Source: Antedon mediterranea
Taxonomy: Eukaryota > Animalia > Echinodermata
NCBI RefSeq assembly: GCF_964355755.1
Contig: NC_092680.1
Span: forward strand, 17,369,045 to 17,433,044
Direction: 5' to 3'
DNA length: 64,000 nucleotides
Under the pieces are notes generated by a model. That model had not been told where the DNA came from. It saw nothing but the letters and a program-made list of their open reading frames with translations, and searched no databases. Each line of letters opens with the position of its first letter. The stretch's first letter is position 1. The position numbers and the translations under genes were made by a program. Below, in pieces: positions 61,662-64,000 of the stretch.

Positions 61662-64000
61662 CTTAAGTTTTAGTCAATGAACTTTAAATAACACCTAAGC
61701 TTTTTAAAAAAATATGTTTATTTGCACTATGGCAAGATATTTTCAAATTGTTTTGGCTAATTTTAGTGTATTCCCATGATCCACTCTAGGCTATTCTGGG
61801 TTAGTCAGTGAACCCCAAATTACCCCTAGGTTGAAAAATCAAACAAAATTGTTCATTCACATACAATTGATAATAATTTAATAATATAATAAAAGCACTA
61901 TTGTCCAAAAAAATTCAGATATATTTCGGCTTGGTCCCATAGAATTATACTTAATCAATTTCAATTTTTAGATTCACCAGTGACCTTAAAATAAATTATA
62001 CAATTCATTAATAAATTATACAAAATAGAAAAAGCTGTTCCAGTTTATTTCACACCTTTTTATCAAATTTGCTGCCAAATTATTGATAGAAACACAATGT
62101 CTTAACTATCACCTTTAAACACAGCAATAAAATTTTGATTAAATTAGCCCAGTTTTCATGATGCATGCTTCTAGGTGATTCAGAACACCTATAAGCTGGT
62201 AAAACACCAGTGTTATTATTCCTGTGGGAATGCTAGAAGATCAAGCAGAAAATGAAGCAGTACTCATAGGTATTGGGTAGGAGCAAGGGGCTTTTGCTTT
62301 AGGCATATTCATAAATAGGTTAGCATGTAAATTGCTGACATTGCTAATATCAATTTAAGCATGTTTTGACACAATTATGTACAGTATGATAGTGTATTGT
62401 GACATGAGGATGTCATAACACTACCATTTGGGCATATCACTACCATATTTAGGTTTACTGTAAAGTGAGAAAACCAGAATGAGAATGGTCTAGCCTTGTA
62501 CCAATTGTCTTTGTAGACAGTGCTTAGAACATCATACAATGTTTCAGGAATTTTATCTTAACAAAACATCAATCAATCACAAGAAATATCATGTTGTGAC
62601 ACCCAGCTGTTCAATGGAAAAATATTCATTTATAAAAGGTTGAAGTAATGCAGATTTGTCATTTTTTTTTTTTGGATGGAAAAAAAATAAAACATGTTTT
62701 TTCCTGTTTCTGCTCCCAAGAATTTGGGGTTAATTGATTCATACGGTTATTAACAGGTTATTTTTTTGCAGCAGAACAGGACCTATTAAAATACCTATGT
62801 TTTCATGATATGGTCAAGGCTGACTAGTCACCAACTCTTTAACTCCCTCAACATGATACAGTAGAATAGCATAGTTCTTGATTGCTCTTGTGCGGCGCAA
62901 CAGAGACTAAATTATGCATCATCATCTTACTATGAATTCACTAGATGATATCTGTGAAGAGTTACTTTGAAATATCAATTTTCTAATGGAAAGAAATATT
63001 ATCTAAACTCTACAGTAAGAGACTCAGAGAATGAAAATAAATTATAATTTTATTAATATTAATAATATGTGAAAAATCTTAAATTATTCAGATATTGAAC
63101 CTTTGTTTAATAATCAGTTTTTCAATTACTTACTAAATAACACACAATAACATACTTTTAAACTTGTTATTTATCAACATTCTCCACTTTTTAAAAATTT
63201 ATATGAAATTAAAATAGATTAAGTAAGTAAAAGTTGTGTTTACATGCACCAGAGAGATAAGCATAGGCCTACAGCATAGAATAGAAATACAGTAAAATGT
63301 TCTGAATCATTTAAGTTTACACATCCACGGTAAAATGCATGAACACATCTGTGTGTTGTTAAACCATGATGTTGTCTGATGTACAGTACTGTATCTCTAA
63401 TAATATAAAATAACTGTGTAGGTTTCAGAGTAATCGGATAAATTTCAGATAGTAATTATTATATTGGATTAAACTGGTCTATTTTTGCATTTTAATGCAG
63501 AAAAAGCTATAGAAAACAAGTACTGTACACATAGCAAGTGTATTATGCTATTTGGTAGGTGTTTTTTGCAATTATGATTCCCGCCCTGAGTGCAAAATTC
63601 AGAAATATGTGTGGTTGATGTCATTTGCATTGGTGATATCTGCAGCATAACTTTTTAAACTACAAAATATATTTCAAACGAAAAAAAAAACAGTCCTACA
63701 GTCACCAAGTACAAAGAAAATGTAAAAACATCAAAATCAACATGTTTTTCTTCTACATTAGGACTAATTGTATGTATTTAAAAACCATTTCAAAATTATC
63801 TCCTAAGATCGCCATACCTTGTACCTAATATATAATCTGATATTGCAAGCAATTTACTTACATATTATTTGAACTTTAGGTGACCCCATATTACATTTAC
63901 AACATGCATTTTCTTTTAAATATTTATACACCTTTACATTTATTTGTAATTATTAAAGTCATAGAATACCTTGTCCTCTATTCTATCTATAAATTACAGA

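Overview
AT-rich, intron-rich animal genomic DNA. It is probably an invertebrate deuterostome such as an echinoderm, inferred from Deu/Nin-type SINEs. Five spliced host genes were reconstructed by hand: REEP5/6 (-, 5' part only), DDX49 (+, 11 exons), TM2D3 (-, 5 exons), EIF2B5 (+, 15 exons) and EPB41L4A (+, 5' part only). Two pairs are head-to-head. Between the convergent DDX49 and TM2D3 3' ends lie (i) an intact, very young BEL/Pao LTR retrotransposon (13544-20880) and (ii) an ~8 kb fine-grained mosaic of short coding fragments from many unrelated transposon families, all on the minus strand, which is a candidate uni-strand piRNA-cluster-like locus. Other highlights are an in-frame, stop-free degenerate second TM2 domain directly behind the TM2D3 UAG (readthrough candidate), a 17+2+17 bp P-element-type excision footprint with a 7-bp TSD, and a probable alternative first exon of REEP5. 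Introns carry many MITEs, SINEs, a solo LTR, a LINE 3' end and minisatellites. All family calls come from motif recognition by eye; no searches were run.
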